From Scyliorhinus canicula (taxonomy: Eukaryota), in the NCBI RefSeq assembly GCF_902713615.1, contig NC_052164.1, forward strand, positions 69,787,830 to 69,851,829: 64,000 bases of DNA, read 5' to 3'. The notes beneath the pieces were generated by a model. It was not told where the DNA came from, made no database searches, and worked only from the letters and a program-made list of their open reading frames with translations. Below, piece by piece: positions 61,330 through 64,000 of the stretch. The stretch's first letter is position 1; the number at the start of each line of letters is the position of its first letter. Made by a program: the position numbers and the translations under genes.

Positions 61330-63435
61330 ATCTTTCCACATTTGAACCCTTAACGCACTATTTAGTTTAAAACCCTCTCTACTCCCCTTGTTATGTGGCT
61401 CATAAGAACAGTGGTCCCAGGATAGTTCCGATGTTGATCTTCCCAATGGGACGACCCCTACTCTCCCCATTATTGGAGCCAATGCCCACAAATCAGGGTC
61501 CATTTCTCCCACACCAAACTTTGAGCCACATATTCATCTCTCTAATTTTATGTACCCTGTGCCAAATTGCACGGAGTTTGGGTAATAATCCGGAGATCAA
61601 AGTTTTTGAGGTTCTGCTTTTAAATTTAGTGCCTAACTCCTCATACCCCTACGCAGAATCTCTTTCCTAGTTCTGCCTATGTCCTTGGTACCTATATTTT
61701 TTTTTAAAAATAATTTTTATGGAGATTTTCACAAACCCCTGTACTGATCCCCTCAGGGCAAATTTCACCCTCTCCAATTTGATGAACCCTGCCATATCAT
61801 TGACCCAGGCCTCCACGCTTGGGGGCCTCGCATCCTTCCATTGAAGCAAAATCCTCCGCCGGGCTACTAGGGACGCAAAGGCCAGAACACCGGCCTCTTT
61901 CGCCTCCTGCACTCCCGGCTCCACTGCAACCCCAAAAATTGCGAGTCCCCAGCCTGGCTTGACCCTGGATCCTACCACCTTCGACACCATCCTAGCTACC
62001 CCCTTCCAAAATTCCCCCAGCGCTGGGCAGGCCCAGAACATATGGGCATGGTTCGCTGGGCTCCCCGAGCACCTAGCACACCTGTCTTCGTCCCCGAAAA
62101 ACCTACTCATCCTCGTCCCAGTCATGTGAGCCCGATGTAGCACCTTGAACTGTATGAGGCTAAGCCTCGCACAAGAAGAGGAGGAATTCACTTTTTCCAG
62201 GGCATCCGCCCACGTCCTCTCCTCAATCTCCTCACCCAGCTCCTCTTCCCATTTACCCTTCAGCTCCTCCACTGAGGCCTCATCTACCTCCTGCATTACG
62301 TGGTACACGTCCAAAATCCTCCCTCCTCCAACCCACACCCCCGAGAGCACCCAGTCCCGTAGCCCACGTGGGGGCAGCAGAGGGAACCCCTCCACCCGCC
62401 ATCTGGCAAACGCCCTAACCTGCATGTACCTAAACATGTTCCCCGGGGGGAGCCCAAACTTCCCCTCTAACTCACCCAGGCTCGCAAACCTCCCATCCAC
62501 AAACAGATCCCTCAACCTCCTAATACCTACCCTGTGCCAGCCAAGAAACCCGCCATCGATGCTCCCTGGAACAAACCGGTGGTTCCCCCGTATCGGGGAC
62601 TCCATCGAGCCCCCACCTCTCCCCTATGCCGTCTCCATTGCCCCCAGATTTTGAGGGTAGCCGTCACCACCGGGCTCGTGGTATACCTCGTTGGAGGGAG
62701 CGGCAACGGCACCCTTACCAGCGCCTCCAGGCTCGTGTCCACACAGGACGCCATCTCCATCTTGGTACCTATATCATAGAATCCATAGCATCATAAAATC
62801 CCTCCAGTGCAGAAGGAGGCCATTCGGCCCATCAAGTCTACATCAACCCTCTATATGGACCATGACAATTGGATCCTCTCCTGGGCAGGCATCACAGCCG
62901 TCTAGACTCTTGCTCTTTGCTGCAGAGAAATGTTAATCACCCTCACCACACCGTCCCCTACTACCACTAAGTTATGTTTTGCTACCCCCTCTCTCCGCAA
63001 CTTGAGTGGCTTCCTCCAGCACAGTACCATGGGTCATTTTTTTCATCCACTTTGCAGCCCCACTCTTGTCCAAACAAGCTGAGAAAACCTCATGCCTATT
63101 GGATAATTGCAGAGGCTCACACTCTGGTAATTCTGCCCTTTTGGCTCCCCTTACTTGCCTCACTCGCAGTCACACTCTCCTGCCCCTGACCACTGACCAA
63201 ATCAGGAGACCCAATCCTAAATGGTGTGACTGCTCCCTGGCGTAAAGCATCCAGGTAACGTTCCCCCTCCCTGATATCTCGCAGAGTCTGCAGCTCAGCC
63301 TCCAACGCAATGACTCTGAACCAAAGTTCCTCAAGCTACAAACACTTCTTGCAGATGTGTTTGCCCTGGATCACAAAGTTATCCAGGAGCTCCCACATGC
63401 TGCAGCCTTGAGACATCACCTGTCCTGCCATCCTT
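61330..63435 (-). mobile_element. CR1 ORF1 remnant (Cys-rich, coiled coil, esterase) split by an L1 copy
   Basis: CSMWELL...HICKKC, LEAELQTLRDIREGERYLD, LQLSNRHEV and downstream esterase-like pieces. Confidence 0.7.
61698..62760 (-). mobile_element. L1-clade LINE, 5'-truncated, internally deleted 3' end
   Basis: CARLSLIQFKVLHRAH...CARC...HAHMFWAC; poly-A; TSD CTTGGTACCTATAT (61684-61697, 62761-62774). Confidence 0.92.
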
Positions 63436-64000
63436 AATATGCTTTCAATTATTATTTAATGATATTTACTTATTTATGTTACCTTTTAAATAAATGTTGT
63501 TAACTTTACCACAAATATGTATAGAAATATGTATATACTAAACCTTAGTGATAGAATAGAACTTACCCACTTACCAGATAGTCACCAAACAGCTAGCTCC
63601 TTCCCCTCTAGTAGAGTAGGACCAATTCATACAGGGTGAGAAAAATAGAAAAAGGAAATGAACATTCCGCCATCACCAAATTCCCAAGTCTGCACTCGGT
63701 TTCCTCAACTGCACTCCGTTTATCAAACAAATTCGGCACCAAGCTATATCAGGAAATATTAGGATAGTTGGTCAAATAATCTTGGTTTTAAGTAGATGCT
63801 TGAAGGAGAGAGAGAGAGAGAGAGGTAGAGTCGGTGCGGTTCAGGGAGCACTTCTGCTGTTCCTGTCTTCCTATGAGTTGTGTGTTGGGTAGGCTGGGTC
63901 TATGTGGACTGTGTTTGATGCAGTGTAGCGAGAGACAGACTTCCAACACTTGATGAGATGCAACACGATTTTATTTAACATCTAACTATTTTACATGTTT

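Noticed and set aside
63917-64000. Possible minus-strand LTR end (TGATGCA...TTTATT)
   Set aside because: Cut by the window edge; too little sequence to support a call.

Overview
Eukaryotic, repeat-dense vertebrate DNA. The SINE/LINE complement (HE1-type V-SINEs, Deu-domain SINEs, CR1 LINEs) points to a shark or other elasmobranch; this is an inference. The window lies inside one plus-strand gene, a Roundabout-family receptor most similar to ROBO4. Seven phase-compatible GT-AG exons (14019-59232) encode the end of the last FN3 domain, the transmembrane helix and the proximal cytoplasmic tail. Nearly all other ORFs in the track are transposon-derived or spurious. The introns contain: (1) a nested CR1 > Penelope > palindromic hammerhead mini-element cluster; (2) a young pol-less LTR element carrying a Gag N-terminus fused to in-frame repeats and a promoter-like motif cluster; (3) two 5'-truncated L1 copies; (4) a Gypsy integrase/LTR fragment; (5) PIF/Harbinger transposase and Myb remnants plus several MITEs with 3-bp TSDs; (6) a long-TIR element; (7) a 34-bp minisatellite; (8) a ~215-bp polyadenylated element with a U2 snRNA-derived head. 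The best candidates for something undescribed are the U2-headed SINE-like element, the pol-less LTR element with its repeat protein, the spacer-less hammerhead palindrome, and two Harbinger insertions at the same position of a Deu-SINE. Family assignments are from motif recognition only; no database search was run.
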